Assembly: GCF_046119375.1 (NCBI RefSeq)
Contig: NW_027362762.1
Span: 880,028,001-880,092,000, forward strand
Length of the DNA: 64,000 nt
Direction: 5' to 3'
Source of the DNA: Phyllobates terribilis
Taxonomy: Eukaryota
The notes below the pieces were generated by a model that saw only the letters and a list, made by a program, of their open reading frames with translations, was not told where the DNA came from and searched no databases. Below are positions 1 to 12,096 of the stretch, one piece after another (positions within the stretch are counted from its first letter, which is position 1; each line of letters opens with the position of its first letter). Position numbers and translations under genes: made by a program.

Positions 1-855
1 CTCCAGCAACTCAAGGATGAGCTCACACATAGGGCCGTCCAGGTCGGAGGCCCCCAGAAAGAGACGCACCGCATTACGACCATCAATGTGGTCAATGCTG
101 GTATAAAGGCTCTCGACATCGGCAGTAACCAAGAGAGTCCCTTCATCCACAGTGACGCCGTCGATCCTCGTGAGGACGTCCGTCGTGTCTTTCACATATG
201 ATGGTAGATTCATTACCAGCGGTTTTAAATAATGATCGATGAATCTGCATATGGGCTCACATAGGCCCCCAATTCCGGACACAATCGGACGTCCAGGAGG
301 ATCGACGGGGTCCTTGTGGATTTTGGGTAGCAAGTAAAAAGTCGGAGTCCTAGGGAAGGTCACCGTCAATCCCTCATATACCTTTTTAGATATTATTGCA
401 CAGTCAAGGGCCTGACTCAAAATATCCTGCAGTATGGCCGAGAAGTGGGTCAAGGGACAGGAGGTTAATTTGGTATACGTGCTTGGATCCCTCAATTGAC
501 GAAATGCCTCTCGCTCATATTTTTGGATCGGCCAGATTACAATGTTACCCCCCTTGTATGCGCCCTTAAAAACTACGTCACTGAGTTCCCGGAGCTGTTG
601 TAATGCCTGGCGATGTTTTAGCGTAAGATTATCAAATCTCCGTTTTGTAGGCAGCTTTAGGAAATCCTCAGTGACGAGTTTAGTAAAAATATCCACTGCA
701 GGGCACAGCGAAAGGGGGGGAAACCTAGTAGATTTAGGCATAATAGATTGGGGAAACCCACCTCGTGGAAGATTCGAATGTTCTTCAGCCAACTCCTCCA
801 AGCACCTCAACGCCTCCTCCTCGACCACCGCAGCATCCATGGTACACATGGGCAT
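1..855 (-). CDS. Penelope-like element (PLE) reverse transcriptase, N-terminal part; runs off the window start
   Basis: Hand translation of the minus strand from the ATG at 855 gives no stop down to base 1. Motifs: FDNLTLKHRQALQQL, FKGAYKGGNIVIW, YEREAFRQLRD, FYLLPKIHKDPVDPPGRPIVSG, LPSYVKDTTDVL, LVTADVESLYTSIDH, all typical of PLE RT. Absent from the ORF track, probably because no stop lies inside the window. Confidence 0.92.
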   Translation of the reverse strand, partial: MPMCTMDAAVVEEEALRCLEELAEEHSNLPRGGFPQSIMPKSTRFPPLSLCPAVDIFTKLVTEDFLKLPTKRRFDNLTLKHRQALQQLRELSDVVFKGAYKGGNIVIWPIQKYEREAFRQLRDPSTYTKLTSCPLTHFSAILQDILSQALDCAIISKKVYEGLTVTFPRTPTFYLLPKIHKDPVDPPGRPIVSGIGGLCEPICRFIDHYLKPLVMNLPSYVKDTTDVLTRIDGVTVDEGTLLVTADVESLYTSIDHIDGRNAVRLFLGASDLDGPMCELILELLE

Positions 856-2200
856 TCGGGGAGGTAATGTCAGGAGAATACTTGCCCAGAAAGAGTTACA
901 GTGGATTATGCGTTTGGGCACAGTGACACCAAATGGCCTAAATGAATCTTTAAGTTTTTCGTCATTCTTGTAGCCATATGTCGTTTTCTGCACACTTTAT
1001 TCCCACACATATAATATCTCTGTGTGAGTTTTCAGTGGTCAAAATATGGGGTAACATATACATTTTATGCAATTTTTTTAAAATTGATGCTTTTATTAAT
1101 TCATTTTCTCCTTCTCTTCTTATTATTCTTTCTATTAGTCCATTATTGCGGAACTCCTCTTTGAAATAACTATCCTCATATGGAGAGCAGTGAGATTGAA
1201 ACCATGTTGGGATTTTCCCCGATGAGAGCAACGACTTATTTGGACCTTTGATCAAGATTGATCATATTACCCAGGCTATTCTATATGTATCTAATTGTGC
1301 CTGTAACTGATCATATGTTCCTTGTTGAATTTGTTAATGCTGCTCTTATTTCACTTCTATTGTACCATCTTATCTGCTCCCCATCTGGCCCTTTAATTTC
1401 AGCTGTGCCGATGGCTTACGTGGTGCGCGCGTGCTGGTGCGGGGGGGTTCGCGGCGCGCGTGCGCCCGGCCGTCTATATGCTGTGCTGCGCCTGCGTGGG
1501 TTCTCTTGGACCCGCGCATGCGCGGTTTATGCTTGACGGCCGGGGCGCGCGCGGCGCGTTCCCTGACCCGCGCGCATGCGCCGTATTGGCATCTGCTCCA
1601 CGTCATGTGATCGGCGGGACGCGCCCCCGGCATAGCTGGCCACTTCCGGGTGCGCGTCCCGCTTCACAGCTGTTTACACTTGGGGCCATCCAATAGGATA
1701 CGTAATGCACATATATGTACACGCAGTATAGGGCAATATACTGACATCACCTGCCCTTGAGAAAGCGGTGAGATATACCGCGAAACGCGCGTTGGGCTCT
1801 TCTGACCACCTTCCTCCCCCCCTCCTTTTGGGCTGTGCTTTCCTGCCAGGTAATGAGTTTATGGAACTATAATGTGTGAGCACCTTAATTCTGACAAAGA
1901 GTCTCCCATAACATATTAAGGGCGACTTTTACTTATATTAGCAGGTCTATATGTATTTGGGCTGACCTCTGTGTCTTTACCCATTGCCATTTTGTGATAT
2001 TGAATGTTCACTATTTTGTTATTTATTATTTCTCTACTATTGTGGGCAAATGTGCAATTCTATAGATCCATAGATCTATTATGATCCTACTATTTACAAT
2101 GTACCTGGCTTGAAAAGCTACTTTCCAATTACCACCTGGTTTCCTTTTCTATTGACAATTTTTATGTATATTTCACCAATAAACTTTATTTTTGCAATAT
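848..2200 (+). mobile_element. Inverted pseudo-LTR of the PLE: GIY-YIG C-terminal tail plus 3' UTR
   Basis: The + strand 848-973 reads MGIRGGNVRRILAQKELQWIMRLGTVTPNGLNESLSFSSFL*, the conserved W..L.T..P.GLN end of PLE endonucleases, opposite in orientation to the RT. It is followed by a UTR-like tract with a hammerhead motif (1753-1797) and AATAAA at 2178-2183. Right boundary approximate. Confidence 0.8.
1753..1797 (+). ncRNA. Minimal type I hammerhead ribozyme, variant core
   Basis: GCCC-TTGAGAA-A-GCGGT(gagatat)ACCGC-GAAA-CGCGCG-TT-GGGC: 4-bp stem I, 5-bp stem II, palindromic stem III (ACGCGCGT), cleavage triplet GUU. Confidence 0.7.
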
Positions 2201-3144
2201 ATGCTGAGCTGTTCTCTTTTTATAGTGAATTCTCATATTGCGCACTGTGAGGATTCTCTGATGCCGGGAGCAGCGGGCAATTTGCATACATGCTGTCACA
2301 TGCCGACTGGTCGTGCGCGGCCTCACTCAATGCAAGTGAGGCCGGACATGTCTAGTTGGAAGTATACAAATCGCATACGTACGGTCACATGACCGTCCAC
2401 TTCCAGCGCAGGAGAATCCTCGCAGTGCGCACGCTATGAATATTCACAATGGTTGTCCTGCATCGGGGTACAAGTCTGCAGTCACATAGAGTACCCAAAG
2501 GTTGGAGAAACCCCTTTAAAAATCATTGCGCGCTTTATCTATAAAACTTGACCAGCCACTTCTGATAGACTGCAGAGGTTGCTGACAACAAAGTCAACAA
2601 GTAAATGTATTATTGAAAATCTCTCAGTTCTCAGGAATAGAGAAGATTTTTGTTTTTGCAAACTCTTTGCAATTTTCCTCATTTATGATTATGAGAAAAT
2701 CCCATTAATAGGAAATCGTTAAAATAGCAATACACAGCAATACAGCAATATAGAGGAAAACAAGAAGGAAAATATGGCACTAGTATCAGAAGATTTACGT
2801 TCAGATTTTATGTTCTTTCCCCAAACATACCTAGATAGATTTTTTTATTATAATAAGGGAGGATCTTACCTCTTCCTTTACCTCTCACGAAGATTATGCA
2901 AATGAAATAGCTGAAGAGGGGAAGTACAATCTTGTTCTGACTAAATGTAATGTTTATGTCAGAACTTCATCAAGAGTCAGTTTGTATCCTCCCTTTTACA
3001 TCTACGAAGAGAAGGTTCTCCCTGATAAGAAGCCACATCTGTCTTTGAAAATTATCTCTGCACATCCAACAACCTACAAACTCAGCGAAAAGAAAACTAT
3101 CACACATTGCAATTTTCAGATACTATATATGAATACTTTTCTAT

Positions 3145-3148
<4 letters not shown>

Positions 3149-3202
<54 letters not shown>
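3149..3202. repeat. (TA)n microsatellite abutting the Tc1 left end
   Basis: Uninterrupted TA run directly before the Tc1 terminus CAGTACAGACC. Confidence 0.95.
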
Positions 3203-3205
<3 letters not shown>

Positions 3206-4790
3206 TACAGACCAAAAGTTTGGACACACCTCATTTAAAGATTTTTCTGTATTTTCATGACTATGAAAATTGTACATTCACACTGAAGGCATTAAAACAA
3301 TGAATTAACACATGTGGAATTATATACTTAACAAAAAAGTGTGAAACAACTGAAAATATGTCTTATATTCTAGGTTCTTCAAAGTAGCCACTTTTTGCTT
3401 TGATGACTGCTTTGCACACTCTTGGCATTCTCTTGATGAGCTTCAAGAGGTAGTCACCGGAAATGGTTTTCACTTCACAGGTGTGCCCTGTCAGGTTTAA
3501 TAAGTGGGATTTCTTGCCTTATAAATGGGGTTGGGACCATCAGTTGTGTTGTGCAGAAGTCAGGTGGATACACAGCTGATAGTCCTACTGAATAGACTGT
3601 TAGAATTTGTATTATGGCAAGAAAAAAGCAGCTAAGTAAAGAAAAACGAGTGGCCATCATTACTTTAAGAAATGAAGGTCAGTCAGTGCGAAAAACTGGG
3701 AAAACTTTGAAAGTGTCCCCAAGTGCAGTTGCGAAAACCATCAAGCGCTACAAAGAAACAGGCTCACATGAGGACCGCCCCAGGAAAGGAAGACCAAGAG
3801 TCACCTCTGCTTCTGAGGATAAGTTTATCCGAGTCACCAGCCTCAGAAATCGCAGGTTAAAAGCAGCTCAGATTAGAGACCAGGTCAATGCCACACAGAG
3901 TTCTAGCAGCAGACACATCTCTTCAACAACTGTTAAGAGGAGACTTTGTGCAGCAGGCCTTCATGGTAAAATAGCTGCTAGGAAACCACTGCTAAGGACA
4001 GGCAACAAGCAGAAGAGACTTGTTTGGGCTAAAGAACACAAGGAATGGACATTAGACCGGTGGAAATCTGTGCTTTGGTCTGATGAGTCCAAATTTGAGA
4101 TCTTTGGTTCCAACCACTGTGTCTTTGTGCGACGCAGAAACGGTGAACGGATGGACTCTACATGCCTGGTTCCCACCGTGAAGCATGGAGGAGGAGGTGT
4201 GATGGTGTGGGGGTGCTTTGCTGGTGACACTGTTGGGGATTTATACAAAATTGAAGGCATACTGAACCAGCATGGCTACCACAGCATCTAGCAGCGGCAT
4301 GCTATTCCATCCGGTTTGCATTTAGTTTGACTATCATTTATTTTTCAACAGGACAATGACCACAAACACACCTACAGGCTGTGTAAGGACTATTTGACCC
4401 AGAAGGAGAGTGATGGGGTGCTATGCCAGACGATGTGGCCTCCACAGTCACCAGACCTGAACCCAATCGAGATGGTTTGGGGTGAGCTGGACCGCAGAAT
4501 GATGGCAAAAGGGCCAACAAGTGCTAAGCATCTCTGGGAACTCCTTCAAGATTGTTGGAAGATCATTTCCGGTGACTACCTCTTGAAGCTCATCAAGAGA
4601 ATGCCAAGAGTGTGCAAAGCAGTCATCAAAGCAAAAGGTGGCTACTTTGAAGAACCTAGAATATAAGACATATTTTCAGTTGTTTCACACTTTTTTGTTA
4701 AGTATATACTTCCACATGTGTTAATTCATAGTTTTGATGCCTTCAGTGTGAATGTACAATTTTCATAGTCATGAAAATACAGAAAAATCT
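3203..4790 (+). mobile_element. Tc1/mariner DNA transposon, right terminus truncated
   Basis: Left end TA|CAGTACAGACCAAAAGTTTGGACACACC. The long inverted repeat (about 3240-3400 vs 4630-4790) is present, but the outermost roughly 35 bp of the right end are missing. Confidence 0.92.
3614..4666 (+). pseudogene. Tc1 transposase (DD34E) with two in-frame nonsense codons
   Basis: Paired-like HTH, GRPR, WSDESKFE, FQQDND, WPPQSPDLNPIEMVW. ORFs 3614-4291 and 4394-4666 share a frame; stops at about 4289 and 4328. Confidence 0.93.
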
Positions 4791-5714
4791 TTTTCTTATT
4801 TTTTCACATTGCACCCTCAAACTTTTGTATTTTATCTGGCTTTTATGTGATATATCAACACAAAGTAGTACGTATTTAAAGTGTAAAGTAAATGATACTT
4901 GGTATTTTAAATATCTTAAAAATAGAAATCTGAAAATTGTGACATGTATTTGCACTCAGCCTCTTGTAGTGCGATACCCCTAACTAAAATCCTGAGTTAC
5001 CAATTGCCTCCAGAAGTCACATAATTACTAGTGATGAGCGAGCATACTCGCAAGTACTCGGTACTCGCCCGAGCATCTCAGTACTCGAGATGCTCGGAGC
5101 TCGCCGAGTACTTGCGAGATGCTTGGGCGGATGCTCGGGTCCCCTCCCTGCAAGTTTGGCGCTCTTTACAGAGCCAATGAACATACAGGGATTGCCTGCC
5201 ACTCATTGTAATGCCGCAGCCATGGTGGTTGGGGCATTACAGTGATTGGCTGGCTGCACAGCGTCATCAGGTCTATAACAGACCTGGCGCCACTGTGCTC
5301 GTCACAGTCACTCCGGAATCAGACAGTGTAGGGAGAGGTGCTGCTGAGCTAGGGAGAGATTTGCTTGTTTATTAGGCAGTGTAGATAGAACAGAAGCATA
5401 TTACACATATCCATCTCAACAAACAGTTCTTCTGAGGACTTATCCATCTGCAAAGATATCAGGCAGGCAGGGTGTATAGCAGACTGCAGTGCACATAGCA
5501 CAAGAGACTCCATTCCATTTTTGTCTGCTGCTGCTGTTAGACATTTCTAGACATAGGCCCAGGTCTCAGGGGCCAGGAATAATTTTTTTTTGGATCTTAA
5601 TCCTCATTATTTGCTTAAAAAGCAATCCAGAGAACATTGTTTATCTGCGCCATTTGCTTGTTGGCACTGCAAAATACAGCCAGGTCCTTTCCATATTACA
5701 GCGCTAAAAATCCA

Positions 5715-6160
5715 ACTATTTAAAACTGTGGTTTGTCTGTCACACAGATCAAATATAATTGCGCTGAAAATATTGCAATTTCTGGCCTCCATTAAAATTT
5801 TGTTCATTGTGTCAGTGAAGTTATTGACACCAGTTTGCTGTTCAAAATAGTTACCTACAGGCCAGGTATTTAAAACTGTGGTTTCTCCATCACACGGATC
5901 ACATAAAATTGCACTGAAAATATTGCCATTTCTGGCCTCTATTAAAATTTTGTTTCAGTGTGTCAGTGAAGTTATTGACACCAGTTTGCTTTTCAAAATA
6001 GTTACCTACAGGCCAGGTATTTAAAACTGTGGTTTCTCCGTCACACGGATCACATATAATTGCTCTGAAAATATTGGCATTTCTGGCCTCCATTGAAATT
6101 TTGTTGCAGTGTGTCAGTGAAGTTATTGACATCGGTTTGCTATTCAAAATAGTTACCTAC
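5715..6160. repeat. About three copies of a 151-bp tandem repeat inside the hAT
   Basis: GTCAGTGAAGTTATTGACA recurs at 5811, 5962 and 6113. Confidence 0.85.
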
Positions 6161-6192
6161 ATATAACTTCGCTCCAAATTCAGCCATTTGTA

Positions 6193-8290
6193 GTGAGCGT
6201 GGAAGATATTGTCCTCCATTTAAAATGGGCTTTGTGGGCCGAAAGCCAGGGTCCAAGAACAGTGTCTGCGGGGGGCACCACTGCTTCTTCCGCTGTTGTG
6301 CATGCAAGCCAATTCCCTGTCCATGGTGCATGCGAAGATGCCTCCTGCCCTGCACCTGTCGTTGCACACTCTCAAGTAGCTGCATCAGGAAACACGTCCA
6401 CGTCCTTGACCCAGCGCAGCGTTCAGTTGTCCATACCCCAGTCCTTGGAACGCAAGCGCAAATACGCAGCCAATGCCCCACAGGCCACACTACTAAATTC
6501 CCACATTTCGCGACTGCTTGCACTCGAAATCATGCCTTTTAGGATCGTGGAGATGGAAGCATTCCACAATCTGATGGCGGCGGCCGTCCCTCGATACTCG
6601 GTCCCCAGCTGCCACTATTTCTCCAGGTGTGCCGTCCCCGCATTACACAAGCACGTGTCCCAAAACATTAGCCGTGCCATCAACAATGCAGTTACCGGGA
6701 AAGTCCACCTAACCACGGACACGTGCACAAGTGCTTGTGGGCAGGGACGGTATATCTTGCTGACAGCACACTGGGTTAACTCAGTGGAAGGTGGAACCCA
6801 GTTGGACCTTGGGACGGAACACGTCCTCCCGACGCCAAGGATTGCTTGCCCTAGGTCAATCAGGGTTGCCCCCACAGTCTACAGCTCCTGCACCTCATCT
6901 TCCTCTGCCTCCTCCTCCTCTTCAGCCTCCATCTCTGAAATGACCACATCAGTTACAAGCTGGAAGCACTGCAGCACTGCCTCGGCCAAGCGGCAACAGT
7001 GCTTAGGTGACAAACCGCACAATGCTGAAGAGTTGTGGACAGCTCTGAAAGAGCAGGCAGATCTGTGGCTCACACCGCTGAACCTACAGCCAGGCATGGT
7101 CGTGTGTGACAATGGCCAGAACCTGGTGGCGGCTCTGAGGCGATCTCACACACATACCATGCCTGGCCCATGTGCTTAACCTCGTGGTTCAGCGGTTTTT
7201 CAAATCTTACCCGGAGCTACCGGATCTGCTTGTTAAAGTACGCCACCTGTGTGCCCATTTTAGAAAGTCACCTACGCCCTTGCCGTGTTTCAGCAGCTTT
7301 TGCAGCTTCTGGCTCACAGACTGGTGTATGATGTCCCCACGCATTGGAACTCTACACTGCAGATGTTGGAAAGAATTTGTGAGCAGAAGAGGGCAGTTGT
7401 TGAGTACAAGCATCAACAAGGCCGTTGGTATTCAGTTCAGACTCCACACATAAGACCTCAGGAGTGGACATGGATGTCAGACATATGTACCATCCTCCAA
7501 AACTTTGAGGACTCCACCAAGATGGTGAGCGGCGATGATGCCATAATTAGCGTCACCATCCCGCTTCTCTGTCTTCTGAAACGCTCTCTCCTCACAATCA
7601 AAGAGGATGCATTGCAGGCAGAGCACGATGAGATGGAGCAAAGAACCATAGAGGATGATTACACAAAGCCCAGCCTCATCTCATCCCAACGTGGATTGGG
7701 TGACAATGAGGAGGAGGAAGAACAGGAGCTAGTTTCATGCGCTATAGATGGTACTACCTACATAACTTTCATACCGTCTGTTCAGCGTGGATGGCCTGAG
7801 GACAGAGAGGAGGAGGAGGAGAGCATGGTCAGTCATCCTCTTGGTGAGGACACGGAAATCTTGCTTGTTAGCAGTCTGGCACGCATAGCTGAGTTTATGT
7901 TACGCTGCCTTTCCCATGACCCTCGTATTCTCAAAATTTTGGGTGATAGTCATTACTGGTTGGTGACACTTCTTGACCCACGCTACAAGGAGAACTTTCT
8001 ATCTCTTATTCCTGAGGCGGACAGGTCTACAAAAATGGGGCAGTACCAGAAGGCCCTTGTTGAGCAACTATTAAAAAAATTCCCATCTGAAAACGCTGGC
8101 CGCAGAAGTCACAGTTTGTTGGACACGTGGAATGAACTGACTCTCTACGCCTTGGAGATCCTGGCCTACCCTGTTGCTAGCGTTTTATCAGAGCAGGTTT
8201 TTAGTGCCGCTGGATAAGCGCATCAGCCTGTCAACTAAAAATGCTGACATTCTGACTCTTATAAAAGTTAACAAGGGCTGGATTGGGCCA
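6193..8290 (+). pseudogene. hAT transposase, frameshifted and internally deleted
   Basis: VHLTTDTCTS..GRYILLTAHWV, VVCDNGQNLVAAL, LNLVVQRF, DVPTHWNSTLQMLER, TLLDPRYK, SVLSEQVFSAAG spread over three frames. No BED zinc finger is evident. Confidence 0.9.
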
Positions 8291-8599
8291 GACTTCTCAA
8301 CACCACCGAATGATAGCAGTGTAACATAAACTCAAATCCAGTGTCTTTTTTTGGGAAGTGTATTCCCATGCACCTCTTCACACCCACACATGGGTATACG
8401 CTTCCTGATTTTGGCTATTTGCTCTTGCCCTCCTTCTTCTCCTCATCCTCATCCTCCACCACATCACCAGGGTGACCGTGGTTTGTGATGCAACACCCAC
8501 ATAATTTTTTTAAAGGGTGTTTATGATGCCTGTAAAAAAAAAAATTTATACAGTATGTTCATGCATACCCCCCAGGGGTAAATGTTTGTCAGCCCATAC

Positions 8600-9200
8600 A
8601 CTTCTTGCATGGGCATTACAAGTATAGGAGACCCGCTCCTTTCTAATGGGAACATTTTTTCATGAGGCCCTCCTCCACGTCTTTTCCCAGGGGTATTGGA
8701 GTGCCTCCCAATTTTTGGCAGCCATTGCATTTATTGCATAGGCCAACACTATGGGAGACCCACTTCCTAATAATGGGAACATTTTTTCATGAGGCCCTCT
8801 ACGTCTCTTCCAAGGGGCATTGGAGTGCCTCCCAATTTTTGGCAGCCCTAGCATTCACTGCATAGGCAAACACAATGGGAGACCCACTTCCTAATAATTG
8901 GAACATTGTTTTCTGGAGGCTCTCTGACCTCCACGTCTCTTCCAAGGGGCATTGGAGTGCTTCCAAGTTTTTGCTAACCCTTGCATTCACTGCATTGGCA
9001 AACACAATTGGAAGACCCACTTCCTAATAATGGGAACATTATTTTCAGGAGGCCCTCCTCTAAGTCTCTTCAAAGGTGTATTTTGGTGCATCCAAATTTT
9101 CAAAGGGGTATTGGGGTGCGTCCAAATTTTGGGCAGCCCTGCCACTGACTGCATACGCAATAACAGTATAGCAGACCCACTCTTTAGTAATGGGAACAAC
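8600..9200. repeat. Degenerate tandem repeat of about 125 bp inside the hAT 3' region
   Basis: GACCCACTTCCTAATAATGGGAACA-like motif recurs near 8630, 8755, 8880, 9015 and 9175. Confidence 0.8.
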
Positions 9201-10079
9201 AGAGCATAGCCGGATGATGGCTCTCTAAGAATAGTGAGGGCCGACTGCTGGCCCTTTAAGAATAGTAAAGGCTGTCTGATGGCCCTATAAAAATAGGCTT
9301 TGTGACTTTCAGAGTCCCTCCTTCATAAATGAAACAGGATGTGTCTGGTGATGTGTCACACACCACATGGCCAGATAAGGTTGTAAAATGTTAAAATGAC
9401 ATTTCACGGTGAATGCATTTGTCACGGTTGCAAGCAATACAAAAGTGCAAAAACGCATCAAAAACACTACGTGTGAACATAGCCTATTGTGTGGAGGAGT
9501 ATTTTTGTTTTTGGTTATTTATTTTGCTTTATATACAAGTCATTACCCTGGAAAGGATGTTCCTTAACATATTTCCCAGGAAAATCCATTTTGGTTTTGT
9601 TTTTGTATGTTTTATTGTGAGTCCGTAAAAGTGACACAATACCTCTGACAACATTGTTGACAGCAGTGACCTCGGAGTCAGAAATGCTTCCAGGGGTCTT
9701 CCCCATGCTGTTCCCATGCCATTTGAGCCCTGTTCCCATCGATTTTGGCAATTTTTAGGCCCTCTGCAGACCGCCGGGGGGATTCGCCTGAAAAATGCTC
9801 GACTTTCCCATAGACTTACATTGGGCTTGTTGCTTGGGTCGAGCACCCGAGTATTTCAATGTGCTTGACCCAAGCAATGAGCACCCAAGCATTTTAGTGC
9901 TCGCCCATCACTAATAATTAGTACATTTTAGTCTACCTGTGTGTAATTTATTCTCAGTATAACTGCAGCTGTTCTGTGAAGGCCTCAGAGGTTTGTTTGA
10001 GAACATTAGGTATCAAACAGTATCAGATAGGTCAGGAACACACCGGGCAAGTCAGGGATAAAGTTGTGGATAAGAGTAA

Positions 10080-10928
10080 CTGAGAAAAAATAGTGGCACT
10101 CTGATATGCAAAACATTAAATCGAGAAAATTGGAACTCCATTACTGCCATAGAAAATAGGTGAATGCTATAATACATATACATGTACATATGAAATATAG
10201 AAAATGGAACTGTAATATTGCTACAGAAAAAAATTAAGCTACTTAGGACACAAATTGGCCAATTCATGAGAGCCAATAGCCAACGATAAGGCAAACCTTA
10301 TTGTTGGGGACCTAACCTGATATGACATCTCTCCTGGGCTGAAAGCCTACAATTTATAGGGTAGGAAGGATCCAGCTAATTAAAACCGCCTCAGGCTGAT
10401 AGGTGGTGTAAGAGTGCTTAGGTCAGAAGGAATTTACTGCAAACAGAAAAAACTGACCGGCACATCCAAACTAGCGTGTACAGGTGCAAGCTATGACAAC
10501 CAAGTCAATAAAACTGAGAAAAAAATAGCGCCACTCTGAAATGCAAAACATTGAATCGAGAAAATTGGAACTGCATTACTGCCATAGCAAATAGGTGAAC
10601 GCTATAAATAAAATGGGTGAACCCCCAACAATAAGGTATGCCTTGTTGTTGGCTGTTGGGCTCTCATGAATTGGTCAATTTGTGCACTAAGTACCTTCAT
10701 TTTTTCTGTAGCATTTTTTTCTGTAGAAATATTGCAGTTCCATTTTTCTATATTTCATGTGTAAATATTATAGCGCTCACCTATATTCTATGGCAGTAAT
10801 GGAGTTCCAATTTTCTAGATTCAATGTTTTGCATTTCAGAGTGCCGCCATTTTTTCCTCAGTTTTATTGACTTGTCTTAGCTTGCACCTCTACACACTAG
10901 TTTGGATGTGTCGGTCAGTTTTTTCTGT
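10080..10928. mobile_element. 849-bp insertion with direct and inverted internal repeats, flanked by a 16-bp duplication
   Basis: TTGTGGATAAGAGTAA at 10064-10079 and 10929-10944. 10620-10860 is the reverse complement of 10080-10310; 10513-10610 repeats 10078-10175 directly. Confidence 0.7.
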
Positions 10929-12029
10929 TTGTGGATAAGAGTAAAACAGGGTTATGTTATAAAAAAAATAGCCCAAGCTCTGAACAGGGCTGGTCAGCTG
11001 AAGGCAGGGCACTTCAAAGTATCGGCAGAGTCAGTCGGCACCACGCATGACCGAGCTCACATCAGGATTCCTCTGCCTGAATGCTGCTTTAAAGTGCGGA
11101 GGCTTCAGCTGACGAGCCCTGTGATATACTTCATAATGATCAGCACATCGCAGGGCATGTCAGCTGAACAGATGGACGGCACTTCAAAGCAAGATTCAAG
11201 CAGAGAGGAGAGTGAGGTCTGATCTAATCATGCTCAGTCTGCTGTACGTAGCCCCACACCCCCCAGTGACCTGCCCTGCTCGGTTTCTCCTAATTTGGTC
11301 CTCAGACCAGAAGTTGTAGAGCCAGAATCAAAACAGAAGGATATATGACCCAGAGAGAGATGAACTTACAGGAGCAGGGCAGGTAATAAAAGTGTATTAG
11401 AAAAATGTTAGCTAGGAGGAGTAAGGACAAATGAAAAGGGGTTAAATTAGTAGTGGAAAAACTCTTTAAAGGGAATCTGTCCGGCATTTGATCTATCTAA
11501 ACTATTAATATGGGCTTACAGGTTATAGACTGCTGAAAAAGTCCTCCCTGTATGCCTCATATCAGATGCTTTGTTGCTGATCATCTAGATTCTTTTATCA
11601 CTTTATATAAATGACCTCTTCCAGGCTGTGGGTAGGATGCTGCCTGATGATAACTCTGCCTCCAGAGCTTGTTTAACTTGAAGGAGCAGTTACCAGTGTG
11701 AGACAAGTTACTAACACAGAACAGGAGAAATGAACTCTGTCTGCTTGCAAAGGGTTTTTGCAACTCTCTGAGCTCTGCTGTATTGCAACAATATTACAGC
11801 CCTGTCTGCCTGTGAGATGGAATCTGAAGCTGAGAGGAACCTGCAGTACAGTGTCCATTTTAGGACATGATCAGATATCAAAATCAAACATGAGAATGAT
11901 GTCAGTTTGAGGCTAAATACCCTGTCTGAGAGCTGATTTGGACAGTGATTTTGATATGTGACTTTGACAAGTGACTTTGATAAGGGACTTTTACAACTGT
12001 AATAATAGTAATAAAAAAAAGTCACTGTT

Positions 12030-12096
12030 CGCTTATGGGACTTGAATCCAAAACTCTATGTATAGAAGCCAGTTCACTAACCATTGAGCTATAAAC
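12030..12096 (-). other. tRNA-like Pol III cassette, Arg(TCT)-like loop; mirror copy at about 13980-13993 plus 14948-15005 (+)
   Basis: A box TAGCTCAATGG, CTTCTA(T/G) loop, B box GG(A/G)TTCAAGTCCC, then a T run. The cloverleaf stems are imperfect, so this is not called a functional tRNA. Confidence 0.6.

Larger units (their letters stand above)
5029..9913 (+). mobile_element. hAT DNA transposon, full extent
   Basis: TIRs TAGTGATGAGCGAGCA and TGCTCGCCCATCACTA. 8-bp TSD ATAATTAC/ATAATTAG (5021-5028, 9914-9921). Subterminal CTCGAG/ACTCG-rich repeats. Confidence 0.92.

Noticed and set aside
962-1255. 97-aa minus-strand ORF upstream of the PLE RT
   Set aside because: Antisense to the AT-rich 3' UTR of the inverted pLTR, in a different frame from the RT, with no recognisable motif.
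2700-2960. Possible RT catalytic remnant (TYLDRFFIII)
   Set aside because: Too short and degenerate to distinguish from chance.
10315-10370. Hammerhead-like CTGATATGA...GAAA inside the 16-bp-TSD insert
   Set aside because: The core has a 2-nt insertion, and stems I and II do not pair convincingly.
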